Assembly: GCF_006345805.1 (NCBI RefSeq)
Contig: NC_043011.1
Location: 52,464,464 to 52,528,463 of the forward strand
From: Octopus sinensis
Taxonomy: Eukaryota
Direction of reading: 5' to 3'
DNA: 64,000 bases
Under the pieces are notes generated by a model. That model had not been told where the DNA came from. It ran no database searches and saw nothing but the letters and a program-made list of their open reading frames with translations. Below, piece by piece: positions 24,273 to 37,635 of the stretch. The translations under genes and the position numbers were made by a program. Position 1 is the stretch's first letter; each line of letters begins with the position of its first letter.

Positions 24273-25057
24273 TATATATATGCACACACACATACTGTCC
24301 ACTTTTTGTCCTCTCTACTAGCTGCCTAATTGCTTGAGGCTTATAACTTCCTACGCTTGAATCCCTGAATTGTATTTCCATATGTGTATGCATGTATATA
24401 CATACATATATATATATATATGTCTGTGTGTGTGTTGTGGCAAGTCATTAGGGCTTCAGATAAAGTGCTTTGTAGTATTTTGTTCCTTTCTCTGCACTCT
24501 GGGTTCAAATACCACCAAAGTCATCTTTGCCTTTCATCCTTTTGTGGTCAATAAATAAACTACCAAGTCAAATACAATGGTTGATGCTTCTCTTGCCTTC
24601 TCTCACTCTCTCGTTCTCTCGCACACACCTTTTTTATCAAGAAGGAATTATCTCTGTTCAGACCTGGAAAGGGATTGGTTCTGCTTGATTTAGTGTGCCA
24701 AAAATTGGCCATGCTATAACAGTGTCCCTAAAAATTTCTACAGGAGTTGAGGCCCAACTATATGCACACCCACCCACCCCACCCCCTCTCTCTCACACAC
24801 ACATACACACAAAAACTTCTGCAGTAGTTTCTATCCATCAATTGTTTCTCACCAACTATTGCTGCTCAGGCTGAGGTTAGAACGACACCATACAGAGACT
24901 CCCGCATTGGCTTGGCTAATAGATGGATTATCTTTAAACCAGATGCTAGTGTTTTCCTGTTGACATTTCAGTTTTTGCATATAGGAACATAGTTTATGTT
25001 TCTGAAGCATCTGCCTAGCGAAGCTAATAGCTGGCCTGTTGTATACTCTACTGCTAA

Positions 25058-25446
25058 TCTATATATATAAAGCTGAAGTTGTCTGTGTGTGGCAGGTTTA
25101 GTAGCCTTCAACTAACACTATCTCCACCGAGACCCTGCGGCGCAAGTTGACCAAAATTGAGAGTATGATAGAAGGCGGCTTACTCTTCATTCTGTAGAAG
25201 ATAAAATTCAAATCGGACCATGTTAAGACCAAAAATTATTTACATCAAAAAGGTGCTTTTTTCTGTGAAAATCCCTATTTTTTACGATTTTTTGACTGCT
25301 GTGTCACCATTTTTCGGTGTATTTCAACCAGAAAAATGTTCACTTAAAGAGAATAACAAGCTACATAATGCAAATTTTTTACTTTTCAAAAATTCCAATT
25401 CTGAAGGGTTGAAACAAACCCGAGCAATGCCGGGCAATACTGCTAG
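25058..25446 (+). mobile_element. Non-autonomous Helitron, family H1
   Basis: A|TCTATATATATAAAG start, subterminal hairpin cccgagcaatgccggg and CTAG|T end; second copy at 44227. Confidence 0.85.
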
Positions 25447-27025
25447 TTAGTGATAAGGTTTAAGCTTTAGTTTATGAATTGCCAAACTTCTAAGAAAAAA
25501 TACGTATTTGTCTGAGGTGAGTTGTTTTACAGCTTAGTGTCCTTCCCATTGCTAATCCTTACGTGTTTTTTTTCAATTAAGGAATATCTTATTCCACAAA
25601 CCTTTGAAGATGCAGAAAATAACAGAGAAAATAACATTATTGCCACCTGTAGTTGAGTGACTTTCCTGAGAAGCACTAATATATGCATGCACACACAAAC
25701 ACACACACACATACATGCATAGTCACAAGCACATACACACATACATGATGAGCTTCTTACAGTTTTCATCTATCCACTACACTCGCAGAGTGGTTGGCGT
25801 TAGGAAGGGCATCCAGCTGTAGAAACACTGCCAGATCAGACTGGAGCCTGGTGCAGCCCCTGGCTTCCCAGACCCCGGTCGAACCGTCCAACCCATGCTA
25901 GCGCGGAAAACGGACGTTAAACGATGATGATGATGATGAAAACCACTCACAAGGCTTTGATCAGCCCAGGTCTATAGAAGACACTTGGCCAAAGTCTGAC
26001 ACTATAGGACTGAATGAAGAACTGTGTAGTTGGTAAGCGTATGTGTTAACCATTCAGTCATGCCTACGATTTTCCTAGAATAAACAACCTAACCCCATGT
26101 TGACCGTATCGTTGATGGGAGATGATGTTAAATGTCATTGTTTCAACGAAGTCTATACAACTAGTGTTGGGTGGTTTCCAAACAGGGTGAACTTACAAAA
26201 CTACTGCAATCTCATTAATTACTCTCCCACACAAAATTGATGCAATTTGTACATTTTGGTTTCATTTGTTGTTTTTACGTCTGATTTTCCATCCTGGCAT
26301 GGGTTACACGAATGCAAATTATTAAGGCAAAAAATGTTTTTGCCTTAATTATGCAAAAAGAAAGGTTAGCAACAGAAGGACCAGAATACTGTTTCTGTTG
26401 CTAACGTCTCTCTCTTTTTGTGTGTGTGTTGTTAAAGCAAAGGATATTTTGATCACATTGTAGAAAGCGCAAAGCCAGTGATTTGTTGACTGGAGAAATG
26501 ACAATGCCCACACTGCTTCTAGCTCACAATCTTCTGAGAAAGACAAATATAAACAAATACAAATACAAACACATACATACATTGGAGGCTTGTTTCAGTT
26601 TCCATCTACCAAATCCACTTACAAGGTTTTTGTTGGCCTTGGACAATAATAGACAACACTTGCCCAAGGTATCATTCAGAGTTTAATCTTAAGACTATGA
26701 ATGCAAAACCATGCAGTTACTCTTTTACTCTTTTATTTGTTTCAGTCATTTGTCTTTTGTTTTCTGTAAATTCGAACTGTATATATATAAAATTCAATCA
26801 ACATTAATGCTGGTCAAAAGGAATAAAAATCCTTCTGTTAAACATCCATTAATGTTATTATCGCCTGAAGAAATGAATCCATAAAGATGATCAACCCAAT
26901 GCCCACAGATACTATGGACTACACTGTAATTCTGTAATTATCCCAGGAATACAGACTGTGATCTTAAGACGTGATTTGTGGAAACGTGCATAGTGATGCA
27001 TTACATGCTTATAAATTCCATTATC

Positions 27026-27065
<40 letters not shown>

Positions 27066-27639
27066 CGCAGGTGTGACTGTGTGGAAAGAAGCTTACAATT
27101 CCGGTCACATAGTTCCAGGTTCAGTCCCACTGCCTGGCATCTTGAGCAAGTGTCTCCTACTATAGCCCTGGGCTGACCAAAGCCTTGTGGGTGGATTTGG
27201 TAGATGGAAACTGAGAGAAGCCTATCGTGTGATTGTTGTAAATGAGCCATGAACAGCATACAGTTAGTGTCTTGTTTTCAGTCTTCCATGAAAACATGTC
27301 CAGCTATGGGGTGGGGGGATATTTCTTTACTTGGAAACAGGTGAGGTTTGGCAACAGGGAAGGCATCCATATGTAGAAAACCTGTTCCAACAAATTCCAT
27401 GGAAAAATGGACATTAAAATGATGATGATGACGATGATAATGATATAAAGGACTGAATTTTATGAGCAGTTTCATGTTCCTGATCCTGACAATTGAGAAT
27501 GTGAAACACTCAACAGTGTCTTGCTAAATAATTCAGTCTGAACTAAAATGTATTTCATTCTAATGAAAAGTATGTAGTTCTCTTTCATTTAATAGCTGCA
27601 CAAACATGTTACCATTTATATTTGATATTTCTCTATTTA

Positions 27640-27762
27640 TCTATCCACCCAGCTATCTATCTATCTGTCTGTCTGTCATCTTTCTCTCTGTCTATCTGTA
27701 GGTCTATCATCATTTTGTCTGTCTGTCTATCTATCTATCTATCTATCTATCCATCTATTTAT

Positions 27763-27811
<49 letters not shown>

Positions 27812-27815
27812 CATC
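27640..27815. repeat. (CTAT)n/(CTGT)n tetranucleotide microsatellite
   Basis: Imperfect run. Confidence 0.9.
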
Positions 27816-28140
27816 CAGCCATACACAAACTCACACGCACACATATACAGATGTTGATTTTGTAAAGCAAATGAAATGCAGTGCACTTATGTAAGCAAAT
27901 GTTTCAAAAAGAACATGTGGCAGTTGTTAAAGTGGTGCTAGTGATGTACTGATGTGGTAGTTAGTAGCTCCTGCAATATTGTAGTAATAGTGGCTGTAAT
28001 GGTATTGGTATGGTAGTGACTACATTGGTGTAGTATAGCATGATGTGGTGTGGATCTAACAGTTATGTATATGTGTGTGTATGTGTGAATATATATATAT
28101 ATAACTGTTATAGTTGTTGATTCTAGGATCATGTTATTTT

Positions 28141-28479
28141 CAAGATTTCTCAACCATTTTTTACCTATGGACCCCTTTGATTACTATTTTATTCTGGCAG
28201 ACCCACATAGCCATTTGATATTTAAAAACTTGTTTTATAGAAACTTCTTTCAAAATTCCTATTTTGCTATTCACACATCAACCTGTCCAGGCTGAACTAT
28301 ATAAAACGTTAGAGAAAGAAACCCAGCTGTTTCTTGCAATACATACATCAAAAGCAAAATTTTTTCAGGAGCCCTTAAAATACTATTTTGGATCCCCAAT
28401 TTACTATTTTATTGCGTGGACCCCTAGAAATCTATTATGGACCCTCAGGGGCTGTATGGATCCCGGTTGAGAACCACTG
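28141..28479. mobile_element. hAT (Charlie-like) MITE
   Basis: Right TIR ggttgagaaccactg, degraded left TIR caagatttctcaacc, internal ggacccc motifs. Confidence 0.65.
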
Positions 28480-28755
28480 AATTACGTGAGTAAACTGTTG
28501 ATGCAGTTTTGTTTTAATTTGTCAATAGCAGCGATAATATGATCAGAGAAACATATAGATAATGAAATATCATCGAACAATTGTATAGAGTGCTGCTCCA
28601 GTTGCGTATTATGTCACCTTTATCAATTTTATATCAGACTGTATAGTCAGACGTGTGCTTCCTGACTATATAGTTTCGGTTTCAGTCCCACTGTGTTGCA
28701 CCTTGGGCAGGTGCCTTCTTGGGCCAACCAAAGCCTTGTTAGTGGATTTTTTTAA

Positions 28756-28975
28756 CCCTTTCGTTGCTGTATTTATTTTGAGATGCTCTGTGTTTTTTTC
28801 GATTATTTTAAATATAACAAAGAATTTAGTAAAATAACTTTGTTATCATTCAGCTAGTGTTAGGAACATAAATTGTGAATAAGGTTTGGTGGAAGATTTT
28901 AATTCAAAACTTATGGAAACAAGACATTTGTACTCAGACCCAGAGCCGGTTTCAGCCGGGTTGGGAACAAAAGGC
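28756..28975. mobile_element. piggyBac-like MITE nested in a family A SINE
   Basis: TTAA|ccctttcgttgc ... acaaaaggc|TTAA; internally matches 37636-37845. Confidence 0.8.
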
Positions 28976-31377
28976 TTAAACAGAAACTGAAAGCAGCATG
29001 TTGTACATATTGTGTATGTGCATGCATATATTTGTGTGTTATTGTCTCCTTGCCTGAACAACATGATGGTTGTAAACGAACTTTACTCCTATGCAAGTGG
29101 TGCCCTTCATTTCCTATCTTCCATAGAAACATGTCTGGTTTGGAGGAAGTAGTAGTTTATTTGGAAACAGGCAAGGGTTGGTGATAGGAAGGGCATCCAG
29201 TCATAGAAAATCCATCTCAACAAATTCTGCACACATGGAAAAGCAGATGTTAAAGTGATGGTGATGTCAATATGTCTGCTGTGTTTTGTTGTAACTCATT
29301 ATATTCTGAGTTCAAATCCTGTCAAAGCTAAAGTTAACTTTATATCATTGATATTTTATTTTATCTCAGAAGACAAATAAACTACAATTGAAATACTTGG
29401 GTTGATTTTTATTTTTTTCTAATGCATCCTAGATGTATAACTTTAATAGAAAACTGAAATGTGTATGTTTTCCAAACATGACATTTATAGGTCTGCAAAG
29501 TAAATCTTTGCTACCATCTTTTAGCACCTTTCTAATCAACAACTGAGATAATCTTTAAGTGGCCACTCAACCTGCAAGAAATAGCAGCCAAATTTCCCTC
29601 ACATCACACCCAACCATCCTAAAATAATAGGATGGTTGGGTGTGATATGCCATTGTTATCTAATATGTCATATTAGAGACATATTAGATGGATATATTAG
29701 ATAATAAGGTCTTAGAAACACTGACCCTAAAAAAAAGAATGAAAGAAAGAAAAGTTGGCAGACTGAAAAGTTGGTAGACAGACTGGAATGCTTTTGATAA
29801 TGAGTCTTACTTGTTTGGGTATGATCTAAGACTAGACAACAGGATGAATGCAGATGGCCAGACCTGTTAGTTAAAAATATTAAAAAAAAATATTGCAAGG
29901 AATCTACTGGTGGTATGCATCTGTAACAAATTTCTTTTTTTTTTGAAATTTGGGAATTTGGCGAATTTTTGATACGGTCGCTTCATATCAAGATTTGATC
30001 TTGAATAAAGTCAGAAGGAAATTCACGATGGTCTGTGCTATCAGCAACAGTTACTCTATGCTAGAGTCTATAGAAGAATTTGGTATGTTTAAAATGAATG
30101 AACAAAGAATTTAAAACATTTGTTTAAGTTTGAAGAAAAAAAACGAGAGAGAGAGAGAGAGAGATGCGGTGTGAGGAGAGATATTGTGGTTTGGCTGGGA
30201 GTGAGTTAAAAATAAAGAAATTATTGAGTATAAGGAGTGGTGAGCATGTGTGTGTGTGTGTATGCAGTGTTCTGGGGGCATTTGATCTCCTGTCGGCTAT
30301 GGAACCAGGAGTGAAACAGCTGTTTGCCATGCTGCAGCTCCCTTGTTAGAATTATATGAATTAAAAGATAGTCTAATGGTACCAATTGTATCCATGTCTG
30401 TCAGTATATTAAAGCGAGAGTGGTGGTGGTGATGTAATTGAGAATGTTTACAAGAGGGTTTGGATGATAGGAGAGATTAGCAAGATTGTAAAAAGTCACG
30501 CCACGCCATGCTGTGCAAGTGTATGTATGTATGTATGCATGTGTGTGTGTGTAGCTGTGTCTTTTAACAATAAAGCTCTGTGTGTAAATTTGTGTGTGTG
30601 TGTATGTGTACGTGACACTGTCGGTTGGTGTGTTTAACCTTCTTTAAAACTTTGTGTGTGAATGTACATTTTTTTTAACATTCTACATTGTGTGTGTATT
30701 CTAATATTAACTTCTGTGTCTGTCTTCATGTATATAACATTCACTAAAGCTCTGTGTATATAAGTATGCATGTGTGTGTGTGCGTGTATTTATATATATT
30801 TGTTTATGTATCAATCTGAGCGTGCTGTAAGGTTTTCTAAAACCATATGTGTGTAGAACATATGTACTAAGTTATGGAGAGGAACGGTAACTTAGAATAC
30901 TCCAGATCATCTATTTATACATTTATATATCTATAAATGTCCCAACTTGGCGTCATGGGTTCAATTCTCACCTGATATTCTCTTTTATGTATTCTTCCAT
31001 GTGTCCTCTTTGACTCTGTCCTCATTTAGTATACAAATAAATAACTTTATTCATTTTTTCCCCTCTATGTTCACTCCCCTGCACAACCCTTACTATTTCC
31101 CCATCATGACTCCCTTCTCATTTATATATGTATAACGTATATATATATATATAATATATATATATATATTAATAAATAAAACAAATGCATATATATATAT
31201 ACATATATGTACGTACCTACCTCTACATGTATATATACACGCATATATGAGTACAGGACACCAAAAAAACGTCGAACACAATGAGAAACGAAAACATAGA
31301 CACAAACCCAAGGAACTGGACATTTTTCTTAAACAACAAAAAAATAGAGTACAGGACAAATAACACATATGTATAAC

Positions 31378-31420
<43 letters not shown>

Positions 31421-31555
31421 CCTGCTCGCTTAGCCAGCGGGGTGGCGTCATTTGAAGGCTAAAACAACGCGAAGCGCATTGTGACCAGTGATGTGTAACA
31501 ACATCTGATTGGTCACGGTGATATATATATATATATTATAATTATTATTGTTGAG

Positions 31556-31955
31556 TCAGAGAGCAGTGCATGCTATCAAAGTGACACTGGGGTAGAATAT
31601 ATGAAGCTCAGTATACCCATCATGACTACCCGTCTAATAAGGGTACATCAGGCATATGCATCACAACCATATGTGCGCGACATGGTGATCTCATATCAAG
31701 ATAAACAGCGCATGACCTTGCAGGTGGGACCCAGTTAAAATTTTCTTCGGGTTCAATAGCTAATCCCGCTCGAAAAGGTCCCTGAATAAGGGTTGTTTAA
31801 GGATGTTGAATGAAACACCCATGTTTACTTGGGTGAATTATTCAAATCCCAAAGAATTCCTCTCAACACATGGCTATGATGTTCCTCCATTACTTTTGCA
31901 CATGATCCAAGATGCACATATTGTCAGCCACCAGGGGACATGCTCAAATGGTTAA
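31556..31955 (-). repeat. Interspersed repeat with (TAA)n tail, class unresolved
   Basis: 31556-31720 is the reverse complement of 34920-35088, which ends in (AAT)n. Confidence 0.7.
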
Positions 31956-32416
31956 GTATTGGGAAAACCATTACTGTGCCAAACGAAATGTTTAGCAGCT
32001 TTTAGTCTGTCTTTGTGTTTGCCGTTTAAATCCTGGCAAAGTTGATTTTGCTTTTCACCCTTTCTGGGTTGATAAAATGAGTACCAGTTGTGCACTGGGA
32101 TCGATGTAATTGACTAACTACACCCCCGCAAAATTTCAGGCTTTGTGCCTATAGTAGAAAGGATTATCATCATCATCATCATTGCCTTTCATGCAATACT
32201 ACTGTTGGCATTTGTAAACAAAGTGGTAGAACATGTTTTGTTTACTGCCGAGTTCACTGAAGCGTACTGAGTGTCTTATCTAAGGCTACATCCAGTTTCA
32301 TTGTAGTTGGATATAATATAAATCTGTCTTGTTCTTATTGGGGAATGTTTTTGAGGTCACTAATCCACCTAGAAACAACAGCTAAATGTCCCACAAATCC
32401 CTCCTTTCTGCCTTAA

Positions 32417-32637
32417 CCCATTTGTTACCATATTTCTGTTGAAAGACACTTGCTTTGTTTTTAATTAATTTTGAAAATAACAAAGAATTTATTCAAATAA
32501 CTTTGTTATTAAACGGTTTTTTTTAAACAAATTAGCATAAAACTTGAATGGCAAATTTTTAATTTGAATTACTTTAAAACAGTAAGTTTATGCCATAGAA
32601 ACAAGTGTGGTCTCAGGCAGGTTGGTATCAAAAAGGG
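32417..32637. mobile_element. piggyBac-like MITE, second subfamily
   Basis: TTAA|cccatttgttacc ... ggtatcaaaaaggg|TTAA; inverted copy at 54627-54846. Confidence 0.75.
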
Positions 32638-33239
32638 TTAAAAATAACCCTAAAAGGACACATGAAATAATGTAGTCCCAGGGACACTGTTCTTTTAAAA
32701 AATAAATTAGTGGTCACAGCTGTTATACCTTTGATCTTAGATTTACTCAATCAGGGCTGCTGACCTAGGGCTAAATAGCCACAACAGCTATAATGTTAGG
32801 AAGCCTTTTTGTCCAATGATACAGCAGTGCCAGGTGGACTGGGTTAGTAATGTGTTTTGTATAAGGCAAACCTGCTAAATAGGACAATTTAATTGGTGTG
32901 ACTGAGATTTATACATATTACTTTGCTGACTGTTTCATTCAACACATATGCACATAAGAATGCACACGTTCCGACTCCAGCTGCACTCCACAGCTTAACT
33001 GCCACTCCTCCCACGCATGCTTGACTTGCTAGAAATTGCAGTCAAATCTCCCTTAAGTCACTCCCTACCGTTGTCTGAAATAAGGTAAGGTCACATTTAG
33101 ATTATTCTGAATAAGCAGGATAGTCATGGCCGGAATGCCTTTGATCATAGGTTTGCTCAATCAGGGCTGAGGCAAAGGGTTTTCTGATTTTCACAATGCA
33201 CTCTACATGCAACATTCTCTATTTGCCACTCTTTACATA

Positions 33240-33760
33240 ACAATATACCTTCATTATCATACTGTACCTCACACAGTGTACCCTCACTGCCACACTGTAC
33301 CTCATATAATGTACCTCATTGCTGCAGAGTACTCCACATAATGCACCCTCCTTCCCTACATACTGTACCCTGTGCAACGTAGCATGACTACCACAGCGTA
33401 TCCCATACTGCATGCTCTATTCTCACTGCTGTAGTGTATCCCACCCATTACACCCACGCTTCCACTGCCATGCTGTACTCTATACAACATGCCTATACTG
33501 CTTCACTGTAACCCACCCAACATACCCACTACCACACTGAACTTCATATAACATACCCACACTACTATACTATATCCTACACAACATGCTCTCATTTCCA
33601 TACTGCTCCCCACACAACATACTATGACTACCACATTATAGCCCCACACACACACATCACACCCACGCTCCCACATACAGCACACCCACACTACTTCACT
33701 GTAGCCCACATGTCATACCCTCACTATCACACCATCCCTCACACAACATGCTGTGACTAT
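33240..33760. repeat. Diverged ~33-bp minisatellite
   Basis: About 15 units approximating ctgtaccccacacaacatgccctcactgccaca. Confidence 0.7.
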
Positions 33761-35086
33761 TGCATTTAACCCCCCACACTTAATATGCTCTTATTGCCTC
33801 ATTGCACCTCATGCATGTCTTTATGCACATGGCATAAAGAACATGTTTTCACAGGCACACTATATGCTGCACATGTCTTCATTGTCATATGGTGTCCCCA
33901 GGGCTGTGGAGTTGGTGCACAAAACCTTCAACTCTGATTCCAGTTCATCAATTTGTGGTTTTTAGATAAAAAGGCTGTAAGTTTGCCATGGTGGCTTTTC
34001 TATATTATTTAATAAAAAAAAAAATAAAATAAACATAAAAACATACAAACAGATTTCTAAAATTTTTTTAAAAGTCGTTTTTATCAAAATGCTATAAATA
34101 AGGTAAGAAGATAAAAAGAAATTTAACTAAAAATACTATAAATGAAAATCTGCAATATCTTTGTTGAATAAGTTCATAAACTTCAAGTATATCAAAGTCA
34201 GAAGTAAAAGATTGAACACCTAAAGCTACTTAATAAATGACAATTTATTACTAATTGGTCAGTTAGATATCATTTTTCTTTTTCAAGATTAAAGCATTGT
34301 TTGAATATAAAATTTAAATGAATGCAAAGAGTACATTAAATGAAATAAAAACCATATTGCACAAAATTTTACAGTTTATCTGAAAATTTATGAAAAAAAT
34401 ATATGTATTTAATCAGGATTAAATCCAAAAACCCTAATTCAAAATTTAGTAACACCATGTTCTTACATGCTGAATGGTTTCCTTCACTGATCCTCCTTTA
34501 TAGAAAACCTTAGCATATCCATTACTGTAGTTTTGCGAAAATACATTACATTTGTTTCAACTAATTCTGAAAATGATGAAGAATTTAGTAGAACAACTTT
34601 GCTGCTATTAAGCTGGCATTTGGAACATAAAATGAAATTTTGATGGAAGGTTTTTAACTTAGATTGCTTTAAAACAGGAAATTTGTAATTGACCACCACC
34701 CTCTCTCACTATCGTTACTCCATCATGACTGTTATTATCACCATTATCACATTCTCTTCATTGTCATCATAATGTCATCCACCAGTCCAATGAGGTAGTC
34801 AGTGAGCTGGTAGATGACATTACGGTTCCTCAACCTGCTAGAAATTCTATCTCTAGATTTCCTTTATTAGTCATTAGGGTCCAAAACATTGGGGACAGTA
34901 CAAAAGGTTAAATAATAATAAGGTCATGCGCTGTTTATCTTGATATGAGATCACCATGTCGCGCACATATGGTTGTGATGCATGTGCCTGGTGTACCCTT
35001 ATCAGCCGGGTAGTCATGATGGGTATACTGGGCTTCGTATATTTTACCCCAGTGTCACTTTGATGGCATGCACTACTCTTTCACTC

Positions 35087-35134
<48 letters not shown>

Positions 35135-35449
35135 GTTTCAAATTGTGGCTTAAACAATAAATAAAAACTGTGAAATCCATCACAGAGAACCACACAACAA
35201 CAATTGTTGAGTGCTCAGTAAACCAGTGGTAGATACACTTGTGATTAATATACTGATTATATATACTAAACACATTGTTTGTGGGATAGCCCAATATATA
35301 TTTATGAAATGAAATATTTACATAGTCAACCAGTTTCACGTGTGCTAATCATGACTAAGTAGTTAGTGATAATGTTAGTATTTCATGCTATCATCAGTTT
35401 TCATTAAATTGGGCCTCATGGAGGCAAAGTGGCTAAGTTTCTTTCAAGT

Positions 35450-35678
35450 GTTATGCCTCACAGAGGCAATGAGTGAGACCTTTGGCATTATATCGTGCTT
35501 GAGAAGAAGACTCATCAAGCCAAGCAAAATCGCAGTCACGGCAGATACCAGTGTCATGCAAATGGCACCCGTGCCAATGGCATGTAAAGGCACCCATTAC
35601 ACTCTTGGAGTGGTTGGCGTTAGGAAGGGCATCCAGCCCTGTCAAACCGTCCAACCCATGGACAATGATGATGATGAT
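35450..35678 (+). mobile_element. RTE ORF terminus joined directly to the family C sequence
   Basis: ctcacagaggcaatg..gacctttggc..gtgcttgagaag..caagccaag (decayed LTEAM..DLW..VLEK..QAK) runs into gtgccaatggcatgtaaaggcaccc...gaagggcatcc...(ATG)n. Confidence 0.75.
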
Positions 35679-36984
35679 GAATAATGGTTTCAAATTTTGC
35701 CAAGGGCAGCAATTTTGGGGGAGGGGATAAGTCGATTACATCAATCCCAGTGTTCAACTGGTACTTATTTTATCAACCCTAAAAGGATGAAAGACAAAGT
35801 CAACCTTGGCAGAATTTGAACTCAGAGCGTAAAGACGGACGGAATGCCACTAAGTATTTTGCCTGGCATGCTAACAATTCTGCCAGCTCTCTGCCTTAAT
35901 AGTAATAGTAATAATAATAATAATAATTGTAGATATCTAAGCAATTTTTTTTATCAGAACTACTATTAACAAGCATCTGTCTGTGCGTCTGTGAACACTT
36001 CCTGAAATTCTTGTCCATACTCAAGCCAACATTATTGTAATTGTTTAGCATACTTATCACTTCCCTCAATCTTTGTTGTTCAGTTTCCAAATATGTGACT
36101 TCAGTTTCCTTCTCTAACAACTGTAGGTTGCTTATGGTATTGGTGGTGATGATTCAGGTCACAAATTCAAATGTTATTACTCGCACTACAACAACAGAGT
36201 TTATAACGAATCCAGTGAAGTCCAATTATGTAGTCCCACACTAAAGCATTTATCCATGTAAAGTTTTAGTCTCATGAAGTTCTTTCCCTCTAGAAACCTT
36301 ATTCTGGAATAACAAAACCCTCATCTCCATCATCAAGCTAGTAGCCATATTAAATGGTGCTGACCATATTACCAACAGCTGGGTCATGTGATATAATAGG
36401 TATATGTTGTTGGTGGTGTTCACTGTTCTGTTCAGAACAAAACACCTTTGGATGATGAGTAAAGCAGTAGGCATCACCACCACCACCTGACTGCCTCTCT
36501 GGGCCTCCACACCAAGTATCAATTAGTGTTCAATAGTGCAAAGAGCATGGTCAATGATGAGGCTGCCCTGCATTGCTAGTTGACATTTAAATGTCTGTTG
36601 GGTGCAGTAACCTTAAAGCCATTGGTCTAGGATTCCACCTAGGATACCAATATCCTATCAACATCTTCACCATATCCCTGGCCTGAGAAGCTAAGGAGTT
36701 GCTAGCGCTTACACCCAAGGTACCATCCCTGTCTATAAATGGAAGGGGTGACTTACTCTCCCTTTTATGGCCTGCAACTGATGTGGGTACTGTGATGGGT
36801 ACACTACAGCACCCAAATCACTGGTATATCATCATCATCATCATTATTTAACATCCATTGTCCATGCTAGCATGGGTTTGCTGGTTTAACCAGAGCTGGT
36901 GGTGGGGCTGCACCAGATTGATTTGGCACAGATGCCTTTCCTAATGCCAACCACTTTACGGAGTGTGCTGGGTGCTTTTACTTG

Positions 36985-37335
36985 CCAACTGCACATGCAC
37001 TTTTACATGGTACTCCACTGGCACTTTTGCATGGCACCACACAGGTGCTTTTACATGTTACCACACAGGCGCTTTTACATGGTGTCACATGGGCACTTTT
37101 ATGTGGTGCTGCACAGGCATTTTTACGTGGTACCACATGGTTGCTTTCATGTGGCACTGCATGGGTGCTTTTACTTGGCAACTGCACAGGCGCTTTTGCA
37201 TGGCACTGCACAGGTGTTTTTACATGGTGTCACATGGGCACTTTTATGTGGTGCTGCACAGGCATTTTTACATGGCATCACATGGTTGCTTTCATGTGGA
37301 AGTGCATGGGTGCTTTTATGCGACACTGCCACTGG
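36985..37335. repeat. 24-bp minisatellite expanded inside a family C copy, with a 145-bp higher-order duplication
   Basis: About 14 units of gcgcttttacatggtgtcacatgg; 37069-37175 is repeated at 37214-37320. Confidence 0.85.
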
Positions 37336-37635
37336 TGCTTCACACCACCAGAAGGATCAGTCTTAACACTTCTGCAAAAGGATATGGGTAAAACATACAA
37401 AACATGTGACAGCACAGTAATATAAATGTTACAATGTATTGAGTGTCATACAACCTGTGTCGTCTCTGAAGAGTTATTTATCTTAGATATTAGGTAGTTT
37501 GTTATTAGCTGAGTTAGTTCCTATAAAACATGTGACACTACCATAATATAAATTTGATTCCATCCTGGTTATTTCCACCCTCTCTTTTATAATGTGAGTA
37601 GCCATGCATGTTCTGGTTCCTTTCTCATACTTTAA

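Noticed and set aside
31240-31370. Segment bounded by the direct repeat gagtacaggac between (TA)n tracts, resembling a Penelope-type tail
   Set aside because: No hammerhead or other diagnostic motif found; too short to classify.
35896-36120. Coiled-coil-looking minus-strand ORF LEKETEVTYLETEQQRLREV
   Set aside because: In-frame TGA just upstream, no good splice sites, and it runs into a microsatellite.
15944-36261. Five-exon plus-strand gene model (15944-16014, 21963-21999, ~22888-22980, ~30015-30082, 36127-36261)
   Set aside because: Several phase combinations give short unrecognisable peptides or stops, and the acceptor near 30015 is poor. No model could be preferred without RNA data.
36899-37366. 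Reflectin-like or His-rich beak protein gene
   Set aside because: The resemblance is compositional only. There is no reflectin M/FD(X)5MD motif, the ORF begins inside a TE copy, and all frames are open because of the 24-bp period.
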